From Camelus dromedarius (lineage: Eukaryota): 64,000 nt of DNA. The number at the start of each line of letters is the position of its first letter. Positions within the stretch are counted from its first letter, which is position 1. The stretch covers positions 10,542,001-10,606,000 of the forward strand of contig NC_087438.1 of assembly GCF_036321535.1 (NCBI RefSeq), given 5' to 3'. The notes below the pieces were generated by a model, which made no database searches, had not been told where the DNA came from, and saw only the letters and a program-made list of their open reading frames with translations. Of this stretch, positions 1-14,009 are shown piece by piece. The position numbers were made by a program, and so were the translations under genes.

Positions 1-3000
1 GGCACCCAGAAGCCAAATGAAAGTAATAATAATGACTTCTTGTTGACTTTGATGCTTCACTTTATGTAACTTCATTTTTATGTAACTTACAACAGGAAAT
101 GCCTTCCATTCATTCTTGAACTTTTTAAAAGCATAGCTTCAAATTTTTAGGTTGTATAAGGCAGTAGGGGTCTGTGTCCATCCAGCCGTTGGTTCATAAC
201 CACTGTTGAATTTAATAATACCAATGATCATCTGTCTTTGCATTTTGAGAAGGTTCCTTTCTATCCCAGAGTTTATTACAAGTGTTCAGCAGTTTGGACC
301 CTTTGGTCTTGGCAGAAAGGTAATGTCTGCCTTACGCAGGCTTGATTTAGACCTTTGAGTTCATTTAAAGTACATTAAGCCTAAAAGAATTTCCCTGCAA
401 CAAGTTCCATGGAATTAACACCACTTCTTCAGAACTTTTTCTGGTTTCCCTCCTCACCTGCTGAGCTACTTCTGTGTTTACAGCATCCACTGATCTCACT
501 CACACCCGGAACAGCGACAGCGGCGGCTGAGCACAAGAGGCCCGCGCGTGGTCTGTCACTCATGATCTAGGCTTGGTGGCATTGGATCTGAAATGTCGGT
601 TCCTCTTGCTTGGAAGGCAGCACATCTGAAAATGGTTTAAATGCACAGACCAGGATCCAGCCTGCTCTCTTCGTATGGCCGCTGATACTTTGTGCTGTTG
701 TGTGTGCAGTTAGTGATGGGTGAAAGTTTCCTTTGTGGAAAACAGACCACTGCCTTTGTAGCCTTCTATTATTCTTTTTTCCTCCAATTCTGGAGCTTAT
801 CAGGTAAAAGCTCAGGCCACGTGAATCTAACACCTCTGTCAGAAAACACATTTGTAGGTTTCTGCGTGCTTGTTTTGGTGATTGTTTGTCTGTTTTCCAA
901 GGCTGTGTTATTCCTCTTGCGCTCTTCACTCCAAGGTGCTGTTTTACCCAAGAGTCCATGGTCTGCTTTTTGAAGAGCTTCCAGATAATGACGGTCGGGT
1001 GCTGTCTCGCCTTTGGTGACCTGGCACTCCTACCATCGCACCTGGAGACAGGACTCAGACCGACTTTCTGGCTTTGTCTTCTTTTTGGTGTTAAAATAAA
1101 GTTTGATTGCTTTCTCTTTCTTAAGCAAGGCTTTGCAGAGACACTCCCCCTTTGAAAGTGAGAAAGTATTTTCCTAAGTATAAACCTCCAGGGAATCTTA
1201 CTTGTAGGCATACATAAAAATACATAAATGCCTTTTTAAAAAGTTCTGTGACTACTTAAAAACAATAAAAAGGAAGCCCTCAATGTGTGTGAGGTGCTGA
1301 GTCTGACATGTATGTGTAAGTTGTAGAATCCCCAGAGTTGAGCAAAGGCAGGGCCCAAGTTCAAGTAATTTTAAAATCACCTGAGGAACCGTAAGAAGTG
1401 AACTGAAGAAGGAATTGATTTTAGATTAAAAATGCCTTTTAGAAACAAAGCAACAGATGCCTGACAGACCTCCTTGGCTTAAGTTATAAAAGGCTAAAAA
1501 TTTGAACCAATGGAAGGACTTCTGTGTGTGTGGCTACAAATTCCTTTTTCTAAAGTTTAGGTCCCCTGTTAAACAGAAGTAGAATATGTAATGCTTGACT
1601 CTTGGGAAACCACCTTGATGATCTCTTCTGAGAGGCTGGGGAGACCAGGGAGCTAGGGCTGAGTTAGGTAGTGAGAAAAGACACAGGCAACTGACGGTTA
1701 ATACTTGTGTGATCCAGTTACTAACTTGGAGCCATGGAAAGCACAAAACTAAAGTGGTTTGGCTGCCCCTGCCCGGGTAGCAGTAGCAATAGGAAGAAAG
1801 TAGGCTCGGCCGTGACTAGAAGTGGGTGTGTGTGTATGAACGTGTCTGCTCGCTGGTGTGCAGTTACACCGTGACACTCTGTTGTGTGCCAGGCCTCACA
1901 GCCTGAGACCCAGTCACATTTGGGAGGGTGGTGGGAGCTGTCCCATTTGCAGTTTTTTTCATTGTAAATTGAAATTTATTACTGGGACTGGTGGGATGGG
2001 TTAGTAGGTATTACTAAACTGTACAGAGTGGTCATTAAGCCTGGAAATAATAGGTTAATTGTATCGAAGTATCATAGCGATAAACCATTTATTATGTTCT
2101 CTCTGTTCCCAAGCCTTATGGCCACCTGTATATTTCAATATTTTGTAAGCTCATGAATAGCTCATTAATAGTAAGGGAGAGCATTGACTAGAGTTTTATC
2201 TCATTCTTGTCGATTCCTTGGGTGTAGGTGTGGGTCAGGAATGAAGTCGCCAGAACACAGGTCATCCAGGGAAAGGATACAGGACTGGAAATAACCACAG
2301 CCTTGGCAGTCGTTTTCCCGGTAACCGGGGGTGGTTGAGCTTAATTCTGAGCTTCAGAATAATTTTTTGTACTTAATTTTAATAGCTTTTATGTAATGAA
2401 AAAATGCCTTGATTTATATTCTCATAAATGGTGCTAAAATATGGTACCCATTACAGGAGCCAGAGCAATGCATGGTAATGTGGGAATTTTGAGGACTTTG
2501 ATATGGGAACAAAGCCAAAATGAATGTATTTAATGAACTCCCTTCCCATTTTCATTGTCTGTAGAAATGTTTTGGTACCGTTACCTGCATCTTAGCAGCT
2601 TCTGACTCTCTTGTGAATTGGGAGAGGATGATGACCCACCTTCTACCTGTGGTAGTGGTGTCCCCTCCCTGTCGGCCGGGCTGTGAAGGGAGGACAGCTG
2701 GGAACATGGTGTGAACCTGGCCCGCTCGTCTTGGCTTGTTTAGCAGAGTGTCCTGTTTACACTGTAAAATGTCAGCATTTGTCAAAAACTTCGCCTACTC
2801 TGCAAACCGTGCCCCCAGGGCTCCTGTCAGTTTGGGGTCTTGCTTCCCACCTGCACCCTCGGCCGGACACCTGGCCCCAGGGTGTGAGTTCCCTGGGTGA
2901 GGTGTTGAGTCTTCGTCTTCATGGTCAGAGGCAGAGCCAACTCAGGTTTTGCTGTTGGTCACCTACAGCAAACCCAGCCGCTGAGGACTGTAAAAATAAT

Positions 3001-3830
3001 AACTAAAAATAAACTGAGAAAATAAAAGCTCAGAAGCCTGGTTGTGTTGCTCTGGTTAAATGCCTGACTTTGAGGACTTGGGAGATTTTGGTTCAGTGCA
3101 TTAACTTGCCAGCACCCCCAAGACAGGCGTATGATGGTGTTGGACCCACTTAAAGTGATCCCCCCAAATTAGGTGTGTGGTTCTGGGCTTGGGTCTGAAT
3201 TCAGTAGCAGTCCCGTCACTGGCTGCTCACCACTCGGATGAGCTCGGGCCAGTCACTCCGCTTCCTGACAACTCAGTCCTCGTCTCCACCACCAGCTGTC
3301 CCCAGTGGGAGTCAGGGTGGGGGCGAAGTGAGACACCAGCACATAACAAGGCTTCGAGGAAGATCCTTTGGGCCTGCAAAGTGGGGCTGCTGCTATGGTC
3401 CACACCAGCCTTGCCGTGTGCTTGCTGAGGAGAGGCCCGCGGTGTACACTGCTCCCAGGTGTTCGAGAACCAACCAGACTATGGAAGCGCCCCCAGAAGT
3501 GTGATAGCGTTGCATATGAATCAGACTGCCCCTGAAAGATGTTAATGACCTGGAGAAGGAGGAGACAGTGGGCTTTCAAAGGTATTCTTGGGGTTAGGGC
3601 AAGAAGTTTTAGCCAACAGTGAGCTGCCCTCCTGTGAGTCAAAGAACTGAGTCTCGGCAAAATGGGGCTGGGCTTCTGAAAACCCCCCTGCTGATGGGCC
3701 AGGCATCCAGAGGGCAGCGCTGGGCTGGTGGCGGGCAGCCGAGGGATGACCTGTGCTAGCCAGCCGCAGTGAGCTGGTGCCTGCCTTCATGGCCTTGTTG
3801 GACTGGGTGAATAAACAAAATGTCTGCTAC
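1..3830 (+). other. Possible 3' UTR/downstream region of the convergent neighbour gene (OTULIN by synteny)
   Basis: No coding exon seen. AT-rich, with plus-strand AATAAA at 1095, 1264, 3008, 3021 and 3810. Assignment rests only on recalled OTULIN-ANKH tail-to-tail synteny. Confidence 0.3.
2024..2128. mobile_element. Short Tc1/mariner-type MITE (DNA1_Mam-like)
   Basis: Imperfect ~25-bp TIRs (cagagtggtcattaagcctggaaa ... ttcccaagccttatggccacctg) flanked by TA on both sides. Confidence 0.55.
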
Positions 3831-4367
3831 AAATACACTTGCCCATCGTCTTGTCTGCACTCGGTGCTCTCCTCAGTTCCCAGGGCAGCGTTTCTGGCAT
3901 TTCTCCTCCATGGTGAGTCTAGAGGAAGCCAGGGACCCCGGCTGTGGGTCCTCAGGAAGCCCTTAGGATCAAATGATCAAGAAAAGACAAGCCATGTTAC
4001 ATGTGTGTAAATGAGACTGTTTATACAGTACATTCCCACCTCCCATCTCCCAGCTGCCTTGCTGGAAATCTGAGCGTTTTTTTCTGTGGGTTCTCTCAGT
4101 TGTTTGTCTTCCCTCCTCACTCCTACCCCTGTCTCGTCTGGGCTCTGTGTGAGTGGCCTGGTAATGACCTTCTGACCTGCTGGGTCTGGTGGGTTCATTC
4201 CAGACTTTGAGCCCCCAGCACAGCCCTGGGGACAAAGCCGATTCGGCCCTTGGGCGGAAGAGCCTGGGGTGGCGCTCCCCGCGAGCTCCCTAGGGCTGAG
4301 TGAGGATTTTTTTTTGCTCTTCCCTCCAGTTTGGGATCTTGCTTCCCACCTGCACCCTCGGCCGGAC
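2828..4367 (+). repeat. 41-bp direct repeat pair (2828-2868, 4327-4367)
   Basis: cagtttggg(g/a)tcttgcttcccacctgcaccctcggccggac; one mismatch, 1499 bp apart. Confidence 0.9.
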
Positions 4368-6799
4368 CCTGCAGCCTGGCCCTGTGACCTCTCACCAGAT
4401 GGCTGAGAGGTCTGGTGACAGTGGTGTGACTACCCTTCATTCTCTGTTACAATTTAGAAAATGTATTAAAGCCAAGTACAGTGTCTTCCAGTACCCCGTA
4501 GTGCCACCTCCCCAGATGGAGACCCGGAATGCACTTTATGGAAGGTGAAGTGCTGTCAGGCTGTGCTGTGCCCCTCATTCCGGAGATGGCACTCCTTGCG
4601 ATGTCGGAAAGAATGCAGAGGAGATAAAAAGCAAACACGCCATGGAAGTTGTTGATACTCTCGGAGGTCACATCCTAATTGTACAAGGTGGTGAGAAACT
4701 GTGATGCACTCTAAGGTTTAAAAAAAAAACCTTCAGAAAATATTATATAATTAACACCAAGTACTTCCATTTTTCTCAATTATAAGCAGTGCTGTAAGGC
4801 ACCTCCTCGTTCATGAATCTTCTCACGCATCTCCAGACTGACCATGTTTAAGGCTCTTGATACGTATTTCCAACCTTCCCTCCGAAAAGTTGCAGGAAGT
4901 TCTCCTTCACCAGCAGGTGCTGCAGGGCCTGCTGCATTGTCCCCTGGGTGACACTAGGGATAATTTAATTTTAAGCTTTGACCACCTGGCAAGAAAAAGA
5001 GTTTGGAAAGGAAGAAAGATGTGTAGTTTTAAATGGCTTTTGATTCTAGTAATAAGTGGGGAGCATTTATCCTCAGTGCTCTGGGTTTGGTGGTATCTCT
5101 TTCCTGCATGGCCTTTTCATGTTCTTTGCCCATGACATTAGCCTCTTTCCCTTGTTGAGGGTGAACTTGAGGCATCTTGCTAGATTGTCCTCTGAAGAGG
5201 TACCACTGAGTGACAACATTTCCCCTGCAGAGCGGGAGGGCCGGTTTCGCTAGGCTCTTGCCAGTGCTGAGCTCTGCCAAACTTTGGTCTTTGCTGAGTT
5301 GATAGCTGGACTTTCAGTTTGCGTTCCTTCACTTGAGCAAGGCGAGGCATGTTTTCCTTGGGAGAAGCCATTCGTGGGTCATTTTCTGGGAACCATCTGC
5401 TCGCTTCCTTTACACATCTGTTACTACAGTGTCTAACTAGACCGTTGTATGTGAGAATACTTTTGGTTCTTCCATATGTATTTTACAGGGAGATGATCCC
5501 TTTTGGTGGCAAAGGCAAGTGACAAGGACTGGCTCGGGTGATCTTAGTTCACGGAGAGCATGACCATAGTGATAAGAAGAGGGGGTTGGAGATGAGAAGG
5601 ATGCAGGGAAGAAGGTGATTGTGCAGGTGACCTGGGGTCAGAGTATGTTCAGGGGCGGAAGGTGTGAATGCCTTCATTGATTCACCAGAGTGTCTGTTCT
5701 GGGCAGGCAAGGTGCCAACATCAGGGCTGTAGGGAGAGCTGGCCCAGCCCTCCCCTTCCCTTCCCCCCGGCCCTCCCAGGCCCTCTCTACACCTCCCCAT
5801 GTTGGGCCTCACATGCATGTGTGACAGACGAGCTGAACCCGGAGTGAAACCGCTGATCACTCACTGCCCCATCCGGAGCAGGAGGAAGGGTGGAGGGTGG
5901 AAGATCTTTCTCCTGACAGTTGCCGTCGTACACCAGCATGCCTCCCTGGGCCTGCCCAGCGCTCAGCTCTCATTCTGTTGTTCTCACATGGGGTGCTTCC
6001 AGGGATCCGGAGACCTCTGCCCCCAGCTCGGCAGTTTCTGTGAAGTGGCTGATGGTCCCACCCCGACCCACCACTTCCTCCTTTGCAGCTCCAAGAATCC
6101 AGTGTTATTACCCCCAGGTTCTTCTGAGCCCCACTCACCCGCTAGGGATGTAAGACAAACCCCAGGTCAGCTTGTTTATCTGTGTGGCCCGGGCCTGATT
6201 CATGGGGAAGACCTCTGCCCTGACAAACGTGGTGTGTGTCACCACCCTGGTGTCCCCTCCTGTGACTCTCCCGTCAAATTTGACAGGGGAGTCAGACACC
6301 TGTCCACCGAGTGCCCACCACTGCAGGGGCCCGTTTCAAGCTCTCTGGGTGTCTCCTGAAGAGCCCTGTCATTAGGTTTAAGGCATTGAGGGACCCCACC
6401 CCAACCCCACACACATGTACACACTCCCCCCAAGGAGGAGACAGGCTTGGTGTAGCTCTGCAAAGAAACCATCTCTACAAATTCTCTTTTGAAAAATATC
6501 TACTCTTGGTCCTTTGATTCCCTCAGCGTGGGTGAGGTGTGAAAGAGTGCACAGGTTCTGGAATGGGGCGAGGCATTAAGACGCTTGGAGCAGGAGGCTG
6601 GGGCACTGCCAGGAGTCCCTGTTTTGTGTCACTGCTTCTCATTGGGTGTTTCCATCCTCCTTCCAGCTGGGCCCTTGTTTACTACATGTATCCCTGACTC
6701 AGCCTGGTGCCCACCTGTGTAAGTGCAGAGTCCTCCTTGCAGCAGCCCAGTGCCTGGAGTGAGAGGAAGGACCAGCCTGGAAGAGCAGGGTGAGGTGTG

Positions 6800-8860
6800 C
6801 GGTGGGAGGAGGCGGACAGGCTGCTGGGAACGGTTGTGCAGGCTGTGCACTGCAAAGCTCTAGGTGTCATTCACATCGTGGTCCAGGAGTACACATGAGC
6901 TTGGGAAGGAGAACCATTCTGGAGCCATTTTTGGCATCTAGGCCTTAGGTGACCAGGAGCACCTGAACTAAACCAGTGGGACGAAAGAGGGTGCAGAGGG
7001 AGGGAGAGAAGTGAGAGATGCTGGGAGCGAGAACTGACAAGGTCAGTGACTTGACTGAGGGAGAGGTGGCACATGGCGTAGGCTGGTGTCCGGGCGGGTG
7101 CTAATGTGACTCATCTAGCTGGAGAGGGGTGGAAGTCTGCGGGGGGCAGGGCTTAAGGCTGAGATGTTGGGAGGTGACTGGACTGCAGTTCTGGAACAAG
7201 TCAGGGCAGGAAAAACAGCCCTGGGGATCCCCAGTGTATATTTGGAATTGGAAACAGGCCCAGATTAGGTCACCCAGGAGCATGTAAACTAGGTTCCCAA
7301 CTAAGGTGGGAGCAGGCCTGGGGTGGGGGTGGGCAGGTGGAGTCTTTTTTAAAGAAGGTGGAATTAAATAGCAACACAGCTGTAGGGTGAGGAAGGCCAC
7401 TGGAATCTGGGCAGTGGCAGCATTTGGGGGAAAGGCGGAAAGAAGAACAGAGCTGAGCTGGGACGCGGTGCTGCCAGGCACCGGGGAGAAATCCCTTTTT
7501 GACTCCGTCACGCGTGAACATGGGAGCATCTCTCCTAACAGGGCCCCGGGGGCTGACCATAGCCGGCTTTCCTCAGCTACTTGTCTTTAGAGCAAGAGAG
7601 CCTGGTACACGAGTCAGAGGAAAGAATTCTAGGTGTGTGGTATAATGTGAAGTTTGATAATAATTATTCTATTTGTTCATTCTCTTTTGGTCTTTGGATC
7701 CAAAGGTTCTGAACCCAAAGTTAGACTGGCCTTTGTTTTGTTTTGTAAAAGCTCTAGTAGTTTTTCTTTGCTGAAAGGAGCCCGGCGGTAGAGTTGGTGG
7801 CTGGGGTGCTCCCAAGCTGCCTGGGAGCCTGGCGGACGTGCACCCCCGCCTTTGTGCACCGCCGTTGACGGCTCTGCAAATCCTGACATCGCAGCGGAGG
7901 GGAGCTAGAAAAGATCTTGTTCTAGCGCAGAGGAGGCAGATCCAGAGGCATCCGATAACCTGCCTGGCTCACAGCTAATAAGAAGCAGAGATAGAATGAG
8001 GACTCACAGCTGCTGACTTTTTTCCTTTTGTGCAAAGACCAGTGTGTTGAACTGTGAAGTGGTATTTACTGGCTTGCATTGTCCAGTAGGGAGCCTGGAG
8101 CTTGCTGGGGGCATATAAGAACATAAACAATGCCAATATGCCCTTCACCCCAGCATTGCCTTTCAAAGTGTTGAAAAGGAAAACTTAGAACAGGGCTTAG
8201 TTTTCTCCTTGATATTAACTTAAAAACCCATTCAGTTGTATCTATGAATGTATTTAAACTACTTACCGCAAGGTGAAACCTTTCAGTAGTTTACCACCAT
8301 TGTATAAGGTGTGGATGTGGGTGGTTTAGGACAATTCATAAATAGGCAGAGTAGAGACAGGTGTTTCAAAACCATGAACCAGCTTGTGGTTTACTTTAAC
8401 ATCTTCTTGATTAAAAGCCCTCAGCCCTCAGAAATGAAGACAAATATGAACACTGAAAGTCTTCTGCAATGTGTGAGGAAGGGGGCAGTGGGCAGGCCGC
8501 TGGGAACGGTTGTGCAGGCTGTGCACTGCAGAACTCTAGGAGGGGTCATTTACATTGTTGTCCAGGTGGACACACGAGCGTGGAGAAGGGAAACTGTTTT
8601 GGAGGCTTCAGTAGCATCCAGGCCCTAGGTGAACAGGAGCCCTGGAGCTAAGCCAGTGGGAATACAGAAGATGCAGAGGGAGGGATGGAAGTGAGAGAAA
8701 CTAGAGGGGAGGACTGATGGGGGTTAGTGTGACAGTGAGGGATGGGTGTGTCATGGAGGAGGTTTCTGGGAGGATGAGCATGTGATTCATCTGGGGTGGC
8801 AGGAGAAAGTGTGGGGAGGGTGCAGATTTGCTGACAATGTCTGGGCCAGTACAGCTCCAC
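6800..8860 (+). repeat. Diverged ~380-bp direct duplication (~6800-7180 and ~8475-8860)
   Basis: Perfect 32-bp core at 6823-6854 and 8499-8530, followed by collinear diverged sequence. Confidence 0.85.
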
Positions 8861-9299
8861 ACCCTACCTCATAGCCAAGCAGGAAGACCTCTAAGACTTC
8901 AAAATCATGTGGTATTAGAGGCAGTAAGAGGGCAGCATGGCAGAGGTAGTACTGCCACTGGCATTTTAACTCAGACATGTCCTGAAGCAGGAAAGCGAAC
9001 ACGCGGTCAGAAGCAGGTCAGTAGCATGCTTACATCCTTGTTGATTTCAGGTATGTAAAAAAACACATTCTCTATATAATCTCTCATAGGAGGTTAAAAA
9101 AAAATGAGAGCCATCATTCTTTGAGGTCAAGACATTATAGCTGAAAAAACAGTAATGCTTTTCACATAAAGACTGATAAGAGCAAGTCTCTCAGATGTGG
9201 GCAGGTGGGGTTTTACATGCTGTACCTCTTACTTTCCTAAAGCCAGGCTGTCTGGATCTCCATTCTAGAAGCGGTGGGGAGAAGCTGGGCCTCAGAGAA

Positions 9300-12200
9300 G
9301 AACTTTCAGTATTGCTGTAGTTGTGGGAAGTAAAAATCCATTTTAATACAGAATAAAATTTGAAGAAATGGCTCATGTTTAAATAAGACAGGGAGTTTGG
9401 GGAAATATCCCAGTGGCTAGAGGTTTTAGCTACCAAGGCAAAGGGGGAAATTTTAATGTCTCATGTACGTTTGACAAAAAAGGGAAATTGTAGTCAGAAT
9501 TAGGAAACCATATAATTTGGGGCATGTAAACAGACTAATGGTTAGAACAAGAAAATCAAGAAACTAAAAACAATTTCAATCATATGCCAACCATCTAAGC
9601 TTTACTTAAAGTAAAATTAAAATATGAAAGCTGTTTGACAATATATGAGCACAAATTCCTCCTCCTCCAAAAAATTCCAAAAAAGAAAAGCATATATAAA
9701 TGCTCTTAACAATGCAAAAACTTACATCTATGAAATACATACACAGCATTTAAATGCAGCGTATATTTTATACTGACCTCTGCAGTCAATTTTAATGAAG
9801 GCTGTACAAATATTTTAATGTGATTGGCTTTAACAGTTTAAACTAAACCCACAGTTTTGACGTGAAACCAAAAAGCCTGTAAGCTGACAGCCACAGCTCA
9901 CGTAGAATAATGAGTCCCAGGAGACTTAATTTTGTTTTAAAAAAAAAATTCTGGATCACTGCTAATGTTCAGATCTGAAAGAAAGAATGAGGTAATTTTA
10001 TTTCTCCATTGCAGGATCCCGTACCATGTTGTAAATCCCAGATCCTACACAGACTGTTAGACCAGGAAGGAGCCTTGGCAATAATGACTGGACCCTCTCG
10101 ATGTACAGGTGGCCGCCGTGAGGCCAGAGAGGTGTGAGTGACGCTGAAGTTCTCCTTGTATGAACTAGCACAGGCTTGTCGCTGCTGAACAGGAGCCCCC
10201 GTGTGGCTCTGTCAAGGTTTCTGAAGCCCCGCGACGAGCTTCTTGCTCTTTCCAGCTTCAGATATTTGCCCTTTCCATACACTACGAAGCAAACCGAATG
10301 TGGTGTGGGTCGAAGGAGCAGTGTGTTTGCCCATAGGCCTTGTGGGTGTGGGGGAGTGGCCTGCTTCCCGGTGACTGGGCCACGCCTCGGGTGCTGGGTG
10401 CCTGGCGTTGAGGTACCGTGTACCTCCTTTGTTCATCCAGAGTGGCTTGAACTTTGCTTTCAGTATCAGGTTCATCCAAACAGTGGGTCCCCCATGTCTG
10501 TGGCCCCACACTTCACGGAACCAGAATCCACCTGGCTGTAGTGGTCCCCACTCCCAAGTCACCATTTCTTGTCCCTGGTTCACAGATGGACAACATCTGC
10601 CTCTAAACCTCACAGTAACGACCAGTCTCTGTACATCACTGAGTCTCCACGAAGCCATAGGGCGAGTGGTGCATCTCCCCACTGTAACCTAAGGAAACCA
10701 CGTATTCTTCTGGAGAGAGAAAGGGTTCCTAGGTCTTGTGCGCTTTTGTTTACGTATACGGACTGTAGAAGCCAAGTCTTTAGTGAAGTGCACTTTAAGT
10801 TACATCTCCTAACTTAAAAAGAGGCACCAAATAAACATGTGCTGAATCTGTGGGTAGCTGACAGCCATCTATAAAAGTGCATAGATCTTACAGTCGTTCA
10901 GAGACCCTGGTTGATTGCAAATGAAGCAGAGAAAAAATTATCCTGGAACCACTTGGACTTGGCAGAGATGATTAAAAAAAAAAAAAAAGACTTTGGAGGT
11001 GCACCTTTGATGAGCTGCTTTGCCACAGCGAATAGTTCTAACCTCCCCTCGGGAGAAGAAAGTGAAGTCAACTTACAGCAAGATCTTACCACCTCCCCTT
11101 CACTGTTTTCCCTTTTTGAGATCAGACAGTAAACACTATAATTTGTTACACCTTTCCTGACTTCGGCGTTGGGTGTGGGTTGATTACGTAATTACACGTC
11201 TCACATTTTGCACACTTAGGTAGTTCATTTTAGACTTTTAACCTGTAAAAGGGTAGGAGCAGGGCCTTTTGGTCTATTTTTCTTCAGATTTTCTCTACAT
11301 CCTGTTTTATGTGTGGTTAGATCAGCTGATGAGTCACGTGGTGTTTTGCTGCTTCAAAGGCCAGAAATAGAGACTCCAAGTAACCACACAGAGGACCATC
11401 TTGAATGTTTACCAAACACGTTGCTCAAAAACATGCTTTTCTACGGTTCAAATGCTTTTTATGAAAGAGCTCTGTGAGGGCTGTGCCTGAGGCTGTGTCT
11501 CGGAAGGCAGGTGGGAGCCTGGTTTCAGGGAATCGGCTGCACATGCAACGCAGACCTCTAAACACTTACAGATCGCCACGTGCTACAAAGCCTTGCTCAT
11601 TGCAATTTTGGTTCTCTATATGCATAAAGGTCAGGACTTAGCACATAAAAGGACCGAGCATTGCTTTGATTGATGAAGACTTCATCCTAAGTTAGGAGGG
11701 CAGCTCGCCTGCAAAGTAGGAAGCCAGAAACCCTGGCTGGTGGGTACATACCAGCTCATGCTGTCCTGGGCACTGGTCTGCTGAGATATTCAGAAATAGA
11801 AGGATTCTTGAATACAAGAAAATGTTTCTCAAAGTAATCATTTAATTACAACAACAGTACTACTTTCTCAGTCTTTCCCCCACTTCAGTTTGAAGAAGGA
11901 AAAAAAAATCCAGTCAGAGAGCTACTGAGTCTTTAAATGGGTATGTTTCTGGAAACTAAGGGCACAAAACAGCTGACCTCCCCCTGCCCCTTCCAGATGA
12001 TTCCCAAGTGAGGAGGAGTTAGGAGGGTCAGTCGGTGTTAACTCTTTTACATCTAGCTCTAAAGTTATCATTGAGTAAGTTCTGGTGTCTGGGGACTGCG
12101 GGAGAGGCAGGAAAAGGCTGCATGTGGGGACCACCGAGCTGGGCCCCGGCTGGAGAGCACCCTGGCGTCTGGCTTGATGGACCATCTTGAGTCTGGACCT

Positions 12201-14009
12201 CCCTCCTTGTGGGCCTCCTGCCCACTGCGCCTGCAATGGTTATTTATTGCAAGGACTCAGGAGTGAAAAAGAAAGTGCTTTTACTACCGTAACGAAATCT
12301 CCTTAGCCATCCAATATACCCTACAGCAAAGCCAGAAGTTTCTGTTTCTGAGTATCAGCCGTCCCAGGCAGTTTCAGAGCCAGACCACCTGGTACTGCTA
12401 AAATACAAAGCAAAACATACATGCAAATCAGAGAAGATGACCTTTGGGCACAAGACCAGCCAAACCTGGGCAGCGAGGGGGTGTGGCTGATGTCAACCTG
12501 TGGCCTTTGTGCCCAAAGTAAGGAATCCCAAGCAGGTGAGGGTTTCCGGCCAACGTGCAAACCTCGCCACACGCCGAGCCACATGGCCGGCAGGTCCTGC
12601 CCAATCACATCTTTCCTGGAGCCAGCCCGGCCTGCTTCCTCCTGCTCAGATCTTGGTGTCTCACTGATGCCAGTGGCACCGAGGTCCCGCTCATTGTGGG
12701 CAGAGCCCACGGCAGCTGCGTGGAGAATGAGAAAGCAAAGAGCGGCCTGCTTTGACACAACCAGCTGCTCTGACCTGAGCTGGCCCAGAGAAGACCCCCG
12801 GGTTGGAAAGACCTCTCTGAATGGCCCAAACTCACTTCTCAGCATCTAAATAAAAGCAGCTTCATGCTCCCGTGGTTTTAGATTGTGTGTGTCTACAAGG
12901 CACCGGTCCACACTGAGAAAGTCATGGCTGGTCTTTGCATAGTCCTTGGCCTGAGGCTTTCACAGAAATCCTGAGTGACTTGCAAGAGAAAAGGAACCTG
13001 TGTCGGGGGAAGGTTTCTTTGGTCGATGAAGTCCAAGGGGTGCCCCCCCATCACCCTGAAAAGTGGGAAGGAGAAGGGCCCCCCCCCTCCCCAGCCCGTG
13101 CCGAAGAACCTGCCGGCGGTGGGGTTTGCTTTAGAAGTTAAGGTGTGTGCTTGTCAGGCCGGCGGGTTTTAGCAGCACAAGCCAACGAAGGAACTGTGTC
13201 AGGGGAGCGTGTACTTCAGGAAGAAAGGTCTTGGACACGGGCGTCCTGCAGAGTCACAGCTCCATCGTGGCGGTCTGGGTCTGGGCTTGCGGCCCGTGTT
13301 TTCCCAAACTAGCAAAATACCATGGCCCACGAATCTTCACCCTGAAAGTGCCTCTGATGTCAGAATGCCCTCTTCTAGTTGCATAAGGAGCCTGGGGGGT
13401 CTTTCCTCGATTTTGAGGGAAGGAATTTGCTTTTTCAATTTGCTCTTTAAGCTCCAACCCCACAAGCATGAAATACTAATCACACATGTTAAAAAATACT
13501 GCTGTTTAATTTTCTAGTCATGTACTTTAAAAAAGCTGATACAATTAGATTTTTCCCCCATCCTCTCAGATCTGCCCCTGAAACACCCCAAAGTTATGCA
13601 TCTTAATTTTCTGCATATATATATATGACAAATTGCTCACAGGAAGCACATGGGGATTTGTCCAGACATGTGAATGGACCCTGTGATGTTCATGGCTGAC
13701 TCCAAGCCCTTACATTCTTTTTTTTCTATGAGGGACGATATGATTACACAGCACTGAAAGCAATAAATGCAAAAGGCTTGACTTTTTCCTTCTTTTTGCT
13801 CTTCTAGCATGTATGTCCATTCCCACGATAGTCTACACCACCTGACCCATTTAAACCCCTGTTACTCATAGTGAAAAATAGTTCTCTTGTCATTTACTGA
13901 CCCTTAGATTTATATACAAATGACAGACTGTAAAACTGCTACAAACAAGATACAACATCCATGGATACAATACGTTTTCAACTGCAGGTACCTTGAGCAC
14001 ACGAGCAAT
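9300..14009 (-). other. ANKH: Probable extended ANKH 3' UTR (long isoforms)
   Basis: Repeat-poor stretch with further minus-strand AATAAA at 12243-12248 and 9997-10002 and ATTAAA/U-rich tracts at 9340-9820. Human ANKH has a multi-kb UTR (recalled). The end point cannot be fixed from sequence. Confidence 0.45.

Noticed and set aside
567..1211. 214-aa minus-strand ORF
   Set aside because: No recognisable family; K/R/Q bias simply reflects the T-rich plus strand.
1..9000. Coding exon of OTULIN or another gene
   Set aside because: No ORF or exon with recognisable protein similarity found.
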